A stretch of DNA of 64,000 bases from Octopus sinensis (taxonomy: Eukaryota). Location of the stretch: the NCBI RefSeq assembly GCF_006345805.1, contig NC_042999.1:51646001-51710000 (forward strand), in the 5' to 3' direction. The position numbers and the translations under genes are program-made. Position 1 is the stretch's first letter. The number at the start of each line of letters is the position of its first letter. Shown in pieces: positions 1 to 13,558 of this stretch. The notes under the pieces are model-generated. The model saw only the letters and a program-made list of their open reading frames with translations, ran no database searches and was not told the DNA's origin.

Positions 1-59
1 CACTCATTAATATGAGGCTCCACCTATCGGTCCGACTGACTAGTATTCAACTTTAAGTT

Positions 60-815
60 TTTTTCGGACCTCTCCAAACAGGTTTCGGCATTCCCGATTA
101 ACCATATTCAATAGATGTTCGCTCAATTGTCAAATGGATCTCTTTCAAGATGGCGCTTGTGTGACGATGTTGGACACCAATTGATAACAGCCACCGTTTC
201 ATTTTGGTTCCAATAAAACTCCTACATCCAACTTCAACAGGAGAGTATTACACTTCAAACAGCATCTATACAATCGTCTAGGAGCATCTCATAACGCTTG
301 TCTTTCCTAACCTGAGCAGAATCAATATTGGCTTCATGTGGAACAGCTTATTTAACAAGATGGTGTTGTCATATCAGGTTTCTTCCTTGTTGATACTGGA
401 AAGAGACGTTCACACCCTAAGAGACCTGCTACCACCTCCCAAACTCAATCGTCAACCGCTGATGGCTTACTCCTGTTTTGGGTAACTGCATTGGCCTTGG
501 TAGTGATATTGTTAATTAACCGTAGACGTACTACGGTAAATTAATAAGTAAAATCTTGCAGTCTATTGTCGTTTCAGTCAATTGTTCTGTTTCCTTGCAA
601 AACTTTAGCCTTACAAGGTCCTTCATTTATGCAAGCATTGCAAAAGTCCTCTTAGTATTTTCGATATGGCCAAATCCGCATCAAAGATGTTTGGTTCTTT
701 GGGTTAAGTTTCTGGAATATTTCACCAGTGTATCTGAGAAAATTCCTCTCTGACGACCTATAACATACTTGCTTATCATCAGAAGTAGATCTTAATAGTG
801 CAAAAAAACAAAACA
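60..815 (-). mobile_element. Degenerate 3' end of a restriction-like endonuclease (RLE) non-LTR retrotransposon, HERO/R2-superclade-like
   Basis: Minus-strand translation across stops and frameshifts gives LMRIWPYRKY*EDFCNAC..PCK (zinc-knuckle remnant), W-EVVAGLLGCERLFPVSTRKKPD, then AVPHEANIDSAQVRKDKRYEMLLDDC. This resembles the HERO-type RPD..ELTVPWE..EAHERK..KY..L..EC motif. Family assignment is from recalled motifs. Confidence 0.6.
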
Positions 816-1029
816 AAAAACAAAAAACAAAAAACACCCATCCCGTCCACGTCATTGAAAATAAAGACGAAGATGAGTGTTTCGTATCTTTTTACTGAAA
901 TTGGGCTCTCCTTGTCTGGCTGTAAGAAAGTACCACGTTGATGTTTGAAGGTACAATATACTGGTGTCAGCGGGTACTATAGACTAGTATAAGCATGTAC
1001 TGCACACTGCTGTAAAAAGCACTACTACT

Positions 1030-1086
1030 AATGCTGTTGCTACTACAACTACAACTACTACTACTACCACCACCACCACCACCACC

Positions 1087-1139
<53 letters not shown>

Positions 1140-1140
1140 C
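1030..1140. repeat. (CTA)n/(CCA)n compound trinucleotide microsatellite
   Basis: Directly visible. Confidence 0.95.
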
Positions 1141-1463
1141 GCAAGAAGGTATCGCATTTATGCTTAAAGCAGTAACAATAATAAAATGAGTTGTGTTAAT
1201 TTGTCCTGTCTATTTCTGGTTGCCATCAGCATTGTTAAATGGCGTAATTCAGTCTGTAAATATAAAAGACAGAAGACCGAAAACTGAAGTGGAGTCATCT
1301 TTTATTGAACATACGCAATCTCTGGCCATTCTGCAATATCACACTGCAGCCATTCGGTAGTCAAGAAACTTGTTCTCCTCGCATCTTCCTACTAGATTTA
1401 AAAAAAAAGCTATCTTTACTACACTCTCGATAATCTTTATATCACAGATCAAGCTGTCCACTC

Positions 1464-1544
1464 GGATGATCGCCAATAATCTGCTTCACTCACTCACTCA
1501 CTCGACTCGCGCTCTCTCTCTGTCTCTGTCTGTCTGTCTCTATC

Positions 1545-1585
<41 letters not shown>

Positions 1586-1701
1586 ATATATATATGTACA
1601 TGCACACATACACACAGAAACGCACACATATAGACAAGCACACAGAGACACATACATTCACACATATACATACATGCGTACATACACATAAATATATATA
1701 C

Positions 1702-1760
<59 letters not shown>
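1464..1760 (+). repeat. Copy 1 of a dispersed ~300-430 bp microsatellite-containing repeat (copy 2 at 3113-3545)
   Basis: Both copies share ggatgatcgccaataatctgcttcactcac and cacacatatagacaa.cacaca.agacaca.acatt.acacatatacatacatgc.tacatacacataa. Confidence 0.85.
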
Positions 1761-1769
<9 letters not shown>

Positions 1770-1864
1770 ATATACACACACACGTTACGATATATATGCA
1801 TGCGTACATTAGATAATACAAACATGTTATAGCTAACTACCTACGTCTCTCTCTCTCTCACTCC

Positions 1865-1998
<134 letters not shown>

Positions 1999-2391
1999 AT
2001 ATCTATCTAACTATCACCCTCACATAGACTCAGAAGGTCGCCTGATTTTACTCTGCTTTCATTTCGGCTGATTTACAATAACCTCGGCTTGAAATTTGCC
2101 CAAGTCATTCATATTTTTCCCGTTGCGCCACCTGTGCAATTTCAGTTGATATCGCATTACAAACGCGATTTTTTTTTTATTTTGTTTAACCGCCATTCTT
2201 TGTGAGGAAATTTTGCATTGAACTTTATTTTGGAGTGACAGCTTTTACATAGACTAGCAATTCTTATACAATATATTATAGCAATTCTATCAGGGAAGTG
2301 GTGAATTCCTTATTATGTTAATCAGCTATCTCAGGTGACATTGTGTAATTTAATGCTCATTACAAGTAATATCTATCACCCTACATACATG

Positions 2392-2530
2392 TACCCAATC
2401 TACTCACAAGGACTTTGCCTGTCCAAGGCTATAGTAAAAGACACCTTCCCAAGACGTCACGCAGTGGGACTGAACCCAGAACCATGTGGTTGGGAAGCAA
2501 GCTTCTTACCACACAGAAACGCCTGCGCCT
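2392..2530 (-). mobile_element. tRNA-derived SINE family A, head fragment
   Basis: Aligns by eye to the copy at 35115-35279 (cacgcagtgggactgaaccc.gaaccatgtggttgg...cctgcgcct). Confidence 0.85.
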
Positions 2531-3112
2531 AGTATAAGTGTTTGTTTAGTATTCTAAAATTATTTAATGTTCCTACAATATTTTACTGTTTTAAAGAATG
2601 CAATAACTAAAATAAACAAACTACTTTGCCATATGAAAGGTAGTGGATAAATCTAAAGTGAAAACTAAATGTATTGAGTTAACTTTAGAAAATAAAATTG
2701 AAGGCGATGAAGTCCAGTTGACTGCAGAAAACTTCCATAGTAAAGACAACATGAAATTTTCCAGAGTAGGGACAATATGAAATATTCTTGTCGGAAGTTG
2801 GTCGAACAATTGTAGAAATTATTATCATTTTTGGTGGGAGACTCGAACCGTTGAATTAAGCTAATTTTGTAATGAAGTAAAGTCTATTTTTCATAGATTG
2901 TAGGAGAAAGAAAGTGGAAACGAAAGACCTGGTTTTAAGCCTATAAGAGCCATCTTAAATATCATCGAAGTGTCAAGCGATGAAGCAGCGTGTGCAGACA
3001 TTTTACTGATTGTACAAAGACAGAAATATTCTGAAGATGTACAATTCTTTCTCGGTGACATAAAGTTATACTGGAAGAGAATGCGTTCAAGGAACTTTAT
3101 TGTTGTCTCCTA

Positions 3113-3484
3113 GGATGATCGCCAATAATCTGCTTCACTCACTCACTCACTCACTCACTCACTCACTCACTAACTCACTCACTCACTCACACACTCACTC
3201 ACTCACTCACTCACTCACTCACTCACTCACTCACTCACTCACTAACTCACACACTCACTCACTAACTCACACACTCACTCACTCACTCACTCACTCACTC
3301 ACTCACTCACTCTCTCTCTCTCGGTCTCTCTCTCTCTCTCGGTCTCTCTCTCTGTATATACATACACACTAACACACACACACATATATACATACATACA
3401 CACACACATATAGACAATCACACAAAGACACAGACATTAACACATATACATACATGCATACATACACATAAGTATATATATACA

Positions 3485-3545
<61 letters not shown>
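3113..3545 (+). repeat. Copy 2 of the dispersed repeat, with an expanded (CACT)n tract
   Basis: Same unique flanks as 1464-1760; the (CACT)n tract is about 190 bp here versus about 20 bp in copy 1. Confidence 0.85.
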
Positions 3546-3552
<7 letters not shown>

Positions 3553-4399
3553 TCTTCCTACAAGATAAAAGTATGGATTTGACACTGCTAAAGACAGACC
3601 AAAACTACCAATTGGTAATCATGTTCCAGGAAGTTTGAAAATAAAGCTGTTATTGATCTTCTGATCACGGATACTGTGCAGAGAATGGGTTGGAACAACT
3701 GACAGCCGCCATTCAAACAAGAACACCTGGCTCACTCAGGAATTCTCCTTGGATTGATATTTCAACTATTGTTTTTGCACTGTTCTACATAGCTTTGACA
3801 TTGAAAATGATTCGTCAGCAGAAATCCCTTAAGGAAATGCTCAGTGTGCTAGACATAAACCGAGAGCAGATTACTGTTGGTCGTTTAAATGTCATCTTTT
3901 ATTAGTATTACCTAATACTTTTATTAGGTCACTAAAAACTACTTTATCGAAGTTCTACCTAAGTGAAGGAATGAGTGAAAGATTAGAAAAAAGAAGTTGG
4001 ATCCATATTTGAAGAAAGTAACGGTCGCCAACCCGGGTCGTCTCTGATGGATGACCCTCAACTAGAGCCGTATTTGCAGAATTAATGTTGACTCCTCTCT
4101 TTACGAGAGAGGTTTCAATAATTTAGACAGTATTTTATCAATTAATTTATATGTTTATATTAAAATAAATTAATGTTATATTTATTATTACAAGAAATGT
4201 TTGTATTACTTTTATTCTTTGGATTTATTGAAAAAATATATGCATTTTGAGATGTCAGGAATGTATCTATGTATTTCATAAAATAATAGAGATATTTTCT
4301 GTCGCCTTCATCAGGAACGCATACTCTATATAAAATCTGGACAGCATATACATAGACGCATATGTATACACACAATCGCGCTCACACACAAACACCAAT

Positions 4400-4944
4400 A
4401 TCGCTGTGATCAGTTTGTCGTCGTTTTCGAGTGTCTTCGTTTGTAATTGTTCACTAATGTCGGTACCTATGATGGCTGGCAAAATCGATTTTTGCGTGGA
4501 AGAATAATGCACAGAAGTCACATTTGACGGCCGGTACAGGACTTTACTAGAATGGTCGTAACCATTTATCTTCTTCATTCCTTCGACGAGTTTTTTCAAA
4601 ATGTTTTACACCAATCTTGATGATGTAATGTCACGCAGTCCTGCCTTCTGCATATTGTTCCAGCTTTTAGAATCGATTTTGGTGCACTCAGCTGTCTATT
4701 TCAGTTGGTTTTTGTAACATCCCTTGGGGCCTTCGCGTGATTTCTTGCCATTTCTGAGTTCGCTCGGCACTGGCATGAGGATATGATGTGGTAGTCCTGT
4801 GCTATTCATGTGGTGGACATGACCTGACCACCCGAGGGGATATTTGATAATAACAGTCTCAATATTGGTGGCTTTGGCCTGTTCCAGGACCGAAAAGTTG
4901 TTGATATACCCATCCCATTTGATGTTCGTAACTGATCGCAGTTC
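4400..4944 (-). mobile_element. RTE-clade LINE, degenerate 3' end of ORF2
   Basis: Minus translation [68 protein letters not shown] matches the RTE C-terminal pattern (I.W.D...N..VL..A....IE......L.W.GHV.RM...RLP....G.R..G.....KD.LK). Confidence 0.8.
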
Positions 4945-4989
4945 TTTTTTTGATGGGGTTGTATATATATATATATATATAATATATAT

Positions 4990-5031
<42 letters not shown>

Positions 5032-5042
5032 ATATATATTAT

Positions 5043-5085
<43 letters not shown>

Positions 5086-5190
5086 ATATATATATATTAT
5101 GTATATATATATATTATATGTATGTATATAGATATATATATATATGTATGTATTATATAATATATATATGTATATATATATATATATATG

Positions 5191-5230
<40 letters not shown>

Positions 5231-5265
5231 GATATATATATCTATATATATATATATGTATGTAG

Positions 5266-5298
<33 letters not shown>

Positions 5299-5353
5299 CA
5301 AAATGGGACAATTTTTTGATGGGGTTGTATAATTATATATATATATATATGTA

Positions 5354-5448
<95 letters not shown>

Positions 5449-5449
5449 G

Positions 5450-5492
<43 letters not shown>

Positions 5493-5508
5493 ATATATAT
5501 ATATATAT

Positions 5509-5546
<38 letters not shown>

Positions 5547-5560
5547 CAAAATGGGACAAG
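4945..5560. repeat. Two tandem units of ttttttgatggggttg-(TA-rich)n-aaaatacaaaatgggacaa
   Basis: Unit boundary motifs lie at about 4945 and 5313, and at 5289-5312 and 5537-5560. Confidence 0.8.
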
Positions 5561-5651
5561 AACGCAAAACAATCTGGACAACGAGGTGATACAAAAAGGG
5601 AATAGTTGTCCGGATGTTTTGCGTTCATGTCCCCATTTTGTATTTTATATA
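5537..5651. repeat. ~115-bp imperfect palindrome embedded in (TA)n
   Basis: Left arm tataaaatacaaaatgggacaagaacgcaaaacaatctggacaa; reverse complement of right arm tataaaatacaaaatggggacatgaacgcaaaacatccggacaa. Confidence 0.85.
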
Positions 5652-5811
5652 TATATAGCGGCGTACGTACACTTTGTTCTCTTATATGTAAGTACACATT
5701 ATGTTTATAAATATAAATTAGAGAAGAACCATGTATTATATATTGTGAAATTTGATTTAGTATTAATAAATTGAATTTTTCCCTGTAAGTGTGGAATCAT
5801 ATTCCTTAATA

Positions 5812-6019
<208 letters not shown>

Positions 6020-6034
6020 ATATAAATATATATA

Positions 6035-7265
6035 CAGTAAATAAACACCTTTAATTTTCTAAATTTCTGATCTAAGCGTCTTAATAGGTTTTCAGCGATG
6101 TAGAATTTACAATGTAATTATTATTTTTCATTATATTAAACATTTGCGAAGAGTAACCACGTACAAAATATTCAGCAAAAATATCAGATTTTCAAAGAGG
6201 TCGTATTGTTGGGCAATCTAGGGCTGGTCTTAGCCAGTGAAAAAATTCCGAAAATCTTCAAATTCCTCTTGCTACTATTAATAGAATTATAGTGCAGTTG
6301 AAAAGCCAAGGAAAAGAATCCACAGATTCTTTTCCCGGCCGACATGGGCCCTCAGAAAGGAAGCTTTGCTGTTTGAAGAGAATTGTGGAAAACGAACCCC
6401 GTTCGAAGGCCTCTGACATTGCAAAACTGCTAGAAGTTAGTCCAAGAATGTGTGTTACATATCTGCATGAGCCTGGGTATTATGGTAGAGCAGCTACAAG
6501 AAAACCTCTCATTCAACCAATTAATATCATGAAAAGACGGTCTAAGGAGATGTCAGAAAAATCAAGTTCTTTTTGGGATAGAGTGATTTTCTCAGACGAA
6601 TCCAGATTTGCATTATTTTCAGACAGTGGACGTGTTTGGGTCTGAAGGTTTCCCAATCAAGAATTTGGTTTGAAACGACTTCAACCAACTGCGAAACATG
6701 GCGGTATTTCTGTAATGGTATGGGGAGCTGTCACCAGCAATGGTCGTTCTGAGCTGATCGAATGTGTTGGGACCATAAACTCTGAAAAATACGTCGAAAT
6801 ACTTAAGAAAAGACTACTTCTGATGTATTCACATAACATAGTGATAAAATGAGTTTTTATTCATGGAAGATGGGGATCCACGGCACACAGCGAAAAGGAA
6901 CCAACAATGGCTGACTGAAAATGGGATCAAAAAGCTTCCTTGGCCGAACCAATCTCTTGACATGAACCCAATTGAAAATCTTTAGAGCATACCAGATAGA
7001 GCTATACGAAAAACTCGACAGAAACCTAAATCTAAAGATGAATTGCTTCGAATGTTGCGTGAAAAGTTGGCAGAAATTCCACAAGAGACAATCACAAAGC
7101 TCATCAGTTCAATGCCAAAAACAGTTTCTGAATTAAAAACTGCAAAGGGAATGTCAACTAAATACTAAAGTCCTACCTATCGATTACATTTCAATTGTTC
7201 GCTTTGCGTATTAAATAAAAGATTTTGAAAATTAAAGGTGTGTATTTACTTCCCGAATGTCTGTG
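6035..7265 (+). mobile_element. Tc1-family DNA transposon, near full length, inactivated
   Basis: Partial TIRs: agtaaata.acacctttaattttc.aaat at 6036-6064 and its reverse complement at 7222-7250. TA flanks at 6033-34 and 7266-67. Contains a transposase pseudogene. Confidence 0.9.
6160..7168 (+). pseudogene. Tc1 transposase (DD34E) with premature stops and a frameshift
   Basis: Paired-like HTH region (SDFQRGRIVG..), GR linker, VIFSDESRF (D1), VKHGG-like 'AKHGGISVMVWG', FMEDGDPRHT (D2), and WPNQSLDMNPIE with E exactly 34 residues after D2. Ends in STKY*. Confidence 0.92.
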
Positions 7266-7492
7266 TATATGTATGTGTGTGTATATGTTTGTGTGTCTGT
7301 GATTGTCCCCCACAACATCGCTTGTCAACCAATGCTGGTGTGTTTACCCCTCATAACTTAGCGGTTCAGCAAAAGAGACCGATAGAATGACTACTAGGCT
7401 TATAAAGAATAAGTCCTGGACTCGATTTGATCGACTAAAGGCGGTGCTCTAGCTGCAGTCAAATGACTGAAACAAGTAAAAGAATAAAAGAA
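7266..7492 (+). mobile_element. SINE family A tail
   Basis: gtttgtgtgtctgtg.ttgtcccc..caacatcgcttg.caacc.atgctggtgtgttta..cttagcggttc.gcaaaagagaccgataga..gactaaaggcggtgct..aaatgactgaaacaagtaaaag matches the reverse complement of 34840-35050. Confidence 0.9.
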
Positions 7493-8575
7493 TATGTATA
7501 TACACACTAATATCGAACAGTGTGAATGAGTGCTCAACACCGTATTGGTGGATAAATATTATTTATTTGTGTGCTAACAAGGCTACCATAATTTTCCTGT
7601 TGAGAGAGACCTCTCTGAATAAGAAACGAATGTTAACCTTGTGAAGCTACAATTAAATTAATAGTGGAGCTGATCAATGAATAACTATAAGAATGTATTT
7701 TCCTGTTGGAAAAACCGGTTTAAAAGTTTTGTCGTCAGTTGTAATCAATAGAAAGGCCCAATATCAAGTTGGATTGATCTGGATTGATACAATGGCTTGG
7801 AATATATGGTCCAGAAACCTAATTAAATGAATAAAACAGAAACATCTGGAGAATGTTTTTGTATGGAAATATGGAAACATTTTGCTTCGATTTGCAGCAG
7901 AGATGTGGCTCAAATACAACCACGTGATCTAATGACCCGATTAAAAGGTTGCCTAATAGAAATAACGATAAAATCATTCAAGAAGTGTAGGACCATATTT
8001 CGTCTCATAACAGTTCTTGTTGCTACTGAAGAAAATAGACTTTAAATCAGAAAAAAAAATGTAGATTTTTTGGTGAATTTACGATTAAGGGAAGTGAATC
8101 ACTTGTAGGTTAAATTTAAGGTGAAGAATATGCATACTTTTTGTTTTTCCATAGAAAGTATCGTATTTCTAATGATTTTGTTAAGAGGGAGAGATGGGAC
8201 AATTAAGTCAGCAGCTTCACTGATATTGGCGACAATAAAATTGGAACGTGCAACTTACTGAGAGAGAGAGGCAAAATCTTCTGTATTATTTGTACTGTTG
8301 TAACGGGAATAGAACAGTAGCAACGATAATAGTACTGTAAGAAAAGTATAGAACAGTACTGTACGGCAGTGTAGTACAAACTACACATGGCACTCACAAA
8401 TAAGTATAACTTTGTAGCATGTACTTTGCCTTCACTAATTGCTTATGGTACCAGTATAGACAAGAGCGGACATAAGTAACCTCTCGAACTTAGCACTTTT
8501 CATTCAATGGAAGATGTGACTGCACAAGGGAAAGAGAGAGAGAAAGAGAGAGAGAGAAAGAGAGAGATAGAGATA

Positions 8576-8647
<72 letters not shown>

Positions 8648-8709
8648 ACATCAGCATTAGACTGGAATTTATTAGAGCCGAATAGATTGGAACGACACAT
8701 GAAATGAAG

Positions 8710-8800
8710 TGTTTTGTTCAAGGGTATTAGTGCAATGCCCGGTCTAGGAATCGATCGTCGAACTTATCATAAGGCGAATGCCCTAACCACTATTTCATCA
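8710..8800 (-). mobile_element. Fragment of a second tRNA-derived SINE head (family D)
   Basis: gttttgttcaagggtatt..gcccggtctaggaatcga...ccctaaccacta resembles 22930-23025; the B-box reads tcgattcc on the minus strand. Confidence 0.55.
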
Positions 8801-10190
8801 CCTTAATGATGTTGTAACTGTAATTTCTGAGTTAAAACGTCAGTGATTCACAAACTAGAATAATTGTTCCAGAAATATCGAGAGAGTAAAGTTGAGTCAA
8901 TAATAAGAAAACATGTTTTGTTTTATCGTTTAGAATAAACCCCGAGAAACATGACGAGGACTGAATGAAGAAATCCCTTACAAACCACTGTAAAAATATT
9001 CCGCGTTTCAAAAGTAGATCCTAAACTCTTCAAAATATTATAGAGAATAACTGAAAACTCAGTTTTACTGTGGCCTCTACACTGGCATCGTCTCGCAGCT
9101 TAAAGTACATTTTTTTGTATTATTGCTTTAATAATTTTGTTTAAACGGGCCACACGAGATGCTTTCTTGACTAGAGATAACTGAATGAGAAAATTCACTC
9201 ATTTGAAAGTAATTGCAAGATATCTAAGATGAAGTTTATGAAGAGAAGTTAAAATGATTTACAACTTTCAATTATTCACATTGAAACAATATCCTTCTCA
9301 TTATGTTCTGCTTCATTTCCTCCCGTTATCTAATTAGGATGTGAAAGTAACGATTTCTAACTTGATTCTAGAAGGAGAGTTTAAATGTTATTGTTTTACA
9401 AAGTTGTTAAGTAGACATGAAAAATCTTAACTTCGGTCTACACAGCCAAGAAAGTAAGAAATAAGAATATAAAAAACCAAGACAAAGAAAACCCCCGTTG
9501 ATTTATTTGACAACATAAATAATAGTAACTTTAACGAATCGGATTTAAACGAAATTTATTTCAGATCGAAAATAATTAACGTGTGTATGTCATTCTGACT
9601 GGAAAAGTGAGACTGTAATCTGTGATAGGTTTGGAAGGCTCAATTCTGTTTTATTTCATGAAAAATGTTATAAAGCTCCATTATTTAAAAAACAGTGACG
9701 TACCTCGATGAATTTTAAATACTGTTGCGCTCTAAACACCCATAATTCAACTCTTCTTTTTCTAAATTAGGAAACTGTTTATGATTAAATAGGATCAATA
9801 AAGCTGAAAATAAAAATTCATTGATCTGGATCAAGAATTTCTTAACACTCGAAATATTCCATGGATAGCTCCCCACCCAAATTATAAGGTTGGTTCCGTA
9901 TAATTCCACGGTCGATAAAACATTGAAATAGATTCAACAGAAAAAGAGAATTCATTTCCATTCATTTCATAGAATAATAAAAAAAAAACGCCCAGATCTT
10001 TATTTTTGGATGAGTAAGTTGAGATTGTTTAAAGAATTTAAAAAGTGTTTTATATCCCAACTCATTCCTCAGATATTGTCGTCACTGATGTATATTAAAA
10101 AGACTCTAAATATCGGACATTGATGAAAAGGAGGTATTTGATCAATTTCAAATAGCAGCAATATGAAACTTTACGGCATGGAAAGACGCG

Positions 10191-10233
<43 letters not shown>

Positions 10234-10379
10234 CATAAAGTAAAGAAACGATGTGCATTGTGCTACATGGATGTATCAAGGGTTGAACAGAAAGAATATA
10301 ACAAGGAGAAAAGTTAGATGAAAGCAGAGTAAATGAGAAAGTAAACAAAAACTAAACGGACGAGAAATTAGACAACGAC

Positions 10380-10445
10380 ACGATTCACGGAATGTTCGTC
10401 TTTGAGTGAAGAGGAAGACTCAGCAGTGAATATTCCGTGTATCGT
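10380..10445. other. 66-nt hairpin (~28-bp imperfect stem, 10-nt loop)
   Basis: acgattcacggaatgttc pairs with gaatattccgtgtatcgt (one mismatch, one G-U); inner stem tgagt/actca; loop gaagaggaag. Confidence 0.6.
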
Positions 10446-10631
10446 TTCCAGACTTGTGTTGAAATTCTTCAAGTGTAGAACATCTTCGTTTCACGACGGT
10501 AAAACCATTGTGTGGGTGTGGCGAAAAGTAAATTGTAATCCAAATAACAAGACAAAGAAATCTTTTAACACGTCTTTAATGATTCGTTACAATTGTTTCT
10601 GTACTAATTCTGCTTGCAACACCAGTTTACT

Positions 10632-10858
10632 CACAATGTGAGGGCGCACCTTTGAAGACGCACAATGTGAGAGTGCATCTTTGATGACGCACAATATGAG
10701 GGCGCACCTTTGAAGACGCACAATGTGAGGGCGCACCTTTGAAGACGCACAATGTGAGGGCGCATCTTTGAAGACGCACAATGTGAGGGCGCACCTTTGA
10801 AGACGCACAATGTGAGGGCGCACCTTTGAAGACGCACAATGTGAGGGCGCATCTTTCA
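10632..10858. repeat. GC-rich minisatellite, 29-bp unit, ~7.8 copies
   Basis: Unit cacaatgtgagggcgcacctttgaagacg in contiguous tandem copies with few substitutions and no spacers. Confidence 0.95.
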
Positions 10859-11080
10859 TGAAAGTGTGATGAAGTGCCTCTTTAAAACAGCAAACATTAC
10901 GTAAATTTTCACTTCGAACTTTTGCGTAAATTGGTGTAGCAAAATAAAGTTGGTACAAAACAATGGTAACAAATCATCAAAGATACTAGCAGAAAGACCG
11001 CTCTCCGGGCAGTTATCAGCTAGTCAGTCCTGGAATGTGTGTGTGTTTATACTACAGAGATAGAGTGTGTGTGTGTGTGT

Positions 11081-11115
<35 letters not shown>

Positions 11116-11142
11116 ATGTGTATGTGTGTGTGTGTGTGTGCA

Positions 11143-11193
<51 letters not shown>

Positions 11194-12335
11194 GGGAGAA
11201 CATTGCAAACAATGAATGAAATAAACATGAAATGTGAAAATCGTATAAATAAAAACTCGTTAAAAACTATCGGCATTCTTTCGGTTGAACCCTCAGAAAT
11301 GCCAAAATGAACAGCTAATTTTGTTCGTTAATTTCCGTAATTTTATATATTTATTTATTTACTTTTATTTTAGAGTGAAAGATGTATGTACGTGTGTGAG
11401 AGAGAGAGAGAGAGTGAGTGCCACTTAGACATCACTTTGTCTCTTTCTATCTCTGTCTCTTTCTATCATACACACACATACACACACATACATACAAAAA
11501 AGATGTATGCATATGTATGTATACATTACAACACACCCTTTCACTCACTCACTCACTCTTTATCTCCCTCTGTCTCTCTCTCTCACACACATACATAAAC
11601 GTATAGAAACGTACATACACGTGTGCGTGTGTGACAGATTACAAATACAGAGAGCTGAACACGGCACGCAAAAAGTAAATAAATAAAAAAATATTGTTAC
11701 AGAAATTAACGAATTGTGCGAGTTCAAACGAAATAATGACAAACCATCTTGTACCGAATATTTAAATTTGTGAACATGAAATATTCAATAATACAAGGAA
11801 GTTCAGAAAGTAAATTTTCCTGAAAACTTAAATTTTTAAAGATTTCTCACTCGCTTAGTGAATATTTCTTTCAGTAATTTATCGTAGTTGTAATATATCT
11901 CTAATTTAAAGAAACTTGAAGTAACCCTAGCACGTTTAATGAGCTAGAAATAGCAGCGATCACATAGTTATTATTGTAAGGTTTATAGCGTTCCAAACAG
12001 CAATACCAACAAAATCACTAAATTAAAAAAACATTATACCGGTATAGTATATCATGGAAACCTCAAAGTTACACAGATATTTTGTCTAATAGCATTCATT
12101 CAATAAATAATTTTTTTCGCATTACATATATAGAATAAACTGTGGGTTTTGATAACATTGAAATGAATATAAATTAAATTATCATTAATGAAAATAGAGG
12201 CGAAAGAGAGTGAGAGACTGTTGCAAATAAAAACGGAAATTTTCGCCTACAACGAATTAATATTGCTTATTAAATCTACTCTGCATTGAATGCAACGAAT
12301 ATTTATATATATATATATATATGCATGTAAGTATG

Positions 12336-12690
12336 TTATTGTTCAGTTTTATTTCAAGATTTCTTGCCAATAGAGAAAGAGTCAGTTTCTAACCTAGATT
12401 CAAGGCTCCTTCCTTGGAATTTCAGTAACATCAACAGGGTATTTTGCATTCAAATATATACACCTGCAGAATTGACTGTTTTGTTATATGTGTCTTCTCA
12501 TGCATATACTTGAATATCTAGACATGCTTACATATACTTAATTGATAAACCTCCGGAAAGTTTTACAGATTTCTACAGCTCAAGTGATGGCTTGGATTTG
12601 TAGTTTTCGAATCAGCTTTTCCTTTTCTGATTTTGCGAAGCCTAATTTCTCAAGATCGGTATTTAGGTAGTGTGTTACATATCTCAGTGC
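12336..12690 (-). mobile_element. 3' end of an RLE-type LINE, same family as 61645-62330
   Basis: Reverse complement aligns to 61775-62330 (gcact.agatatgtaacac..ttaggctt..aaagctgattcgaa..tgtaaaactttc.ggaggtttatca..tctaggttagaaac..tctttctctattggcaagaaatctt.aaataaaactg.acaat). Confidence 0.85.
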
Positions 12691-12781
12691 ATCTATGTAT
12701 GTATGTATGTATGTATGTATGTATGTATGTATGTATGTATGTATGTATGTATGTATGTATGTATGTATGTGTGTGCATGTA

Positions 12782-12860
<79 letters not shown>

Positions 12861-13558
12861 ATATATGTATAAATATATATAAACGAGCAGGAAATGTATC
12901 GAATTATCTTTGCAAAACAAGCAATCTTTACGGACTCACCGACACTCACAAAAACCAAATAATATGGAAAACACTTCTTTTAGCGGTCACCATAAATGTA
13001 TTCCACATCCTTTTACGCTTCAGATAAACGGACGAAACGCATTAAAAAAACAAACAAAATGGTGCGAATTTTGTTTGGAGCTTTGCAGCATGAATTAAAC
13101 TCATGCTTTTCTGATAAAGCATGATTTTTATCTAAGCTGCTCAATGTGATTGGAATCGAATGTTGGGTATTTCTAGAGTTCCTCAGTGATTGATAAATGG
13201 CTACGGATCAACAGGAGATCAATAAAACCGTAGACGTTTATAAAGTATTGGACTACAAAAAAGCTTAACTAAATAATGGGAATCTAAATGCTTACTCATA
13301 TACAATGTTCTCAGCTACGTCCGTGCCTACATGACGTGGGTAAAAGTGAGAACAGCTGACTCGTGAAGACAAGAACGTAGCAGATACAGTTTCGTAGTTT
13401 CCTCCAAACACAACACATGATATTTTGCGTATAGGAAGGCAAATATAGAATTATTTATCTATATATTAACATAATTTATGACTATTATTATTTATGTGTG
13501 TATCAATATAATTTACGACTTATAAATATTATTTGTTATTTGTATATTTGTTAATATA

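Noticed and set aside
2950-3900. piggyBac transposase remnant (acidic stretch plus RKCSVC)
   Set aside because: Only scattered short resemblances; no DDD motif or TTAA/TIR found.
4280-4330. Hammerhead on the minus strand (cctgatgaaggcgacagaaaat)
   Set aside because: CUGAUGA is present but there is no supportable stem II, stem III or stem I.
10632-10858. CRISPR array
   Set aside because: The 29-bp units are contiguous with no unique spacers, there are no cas genes, and the context is eukaryotic.
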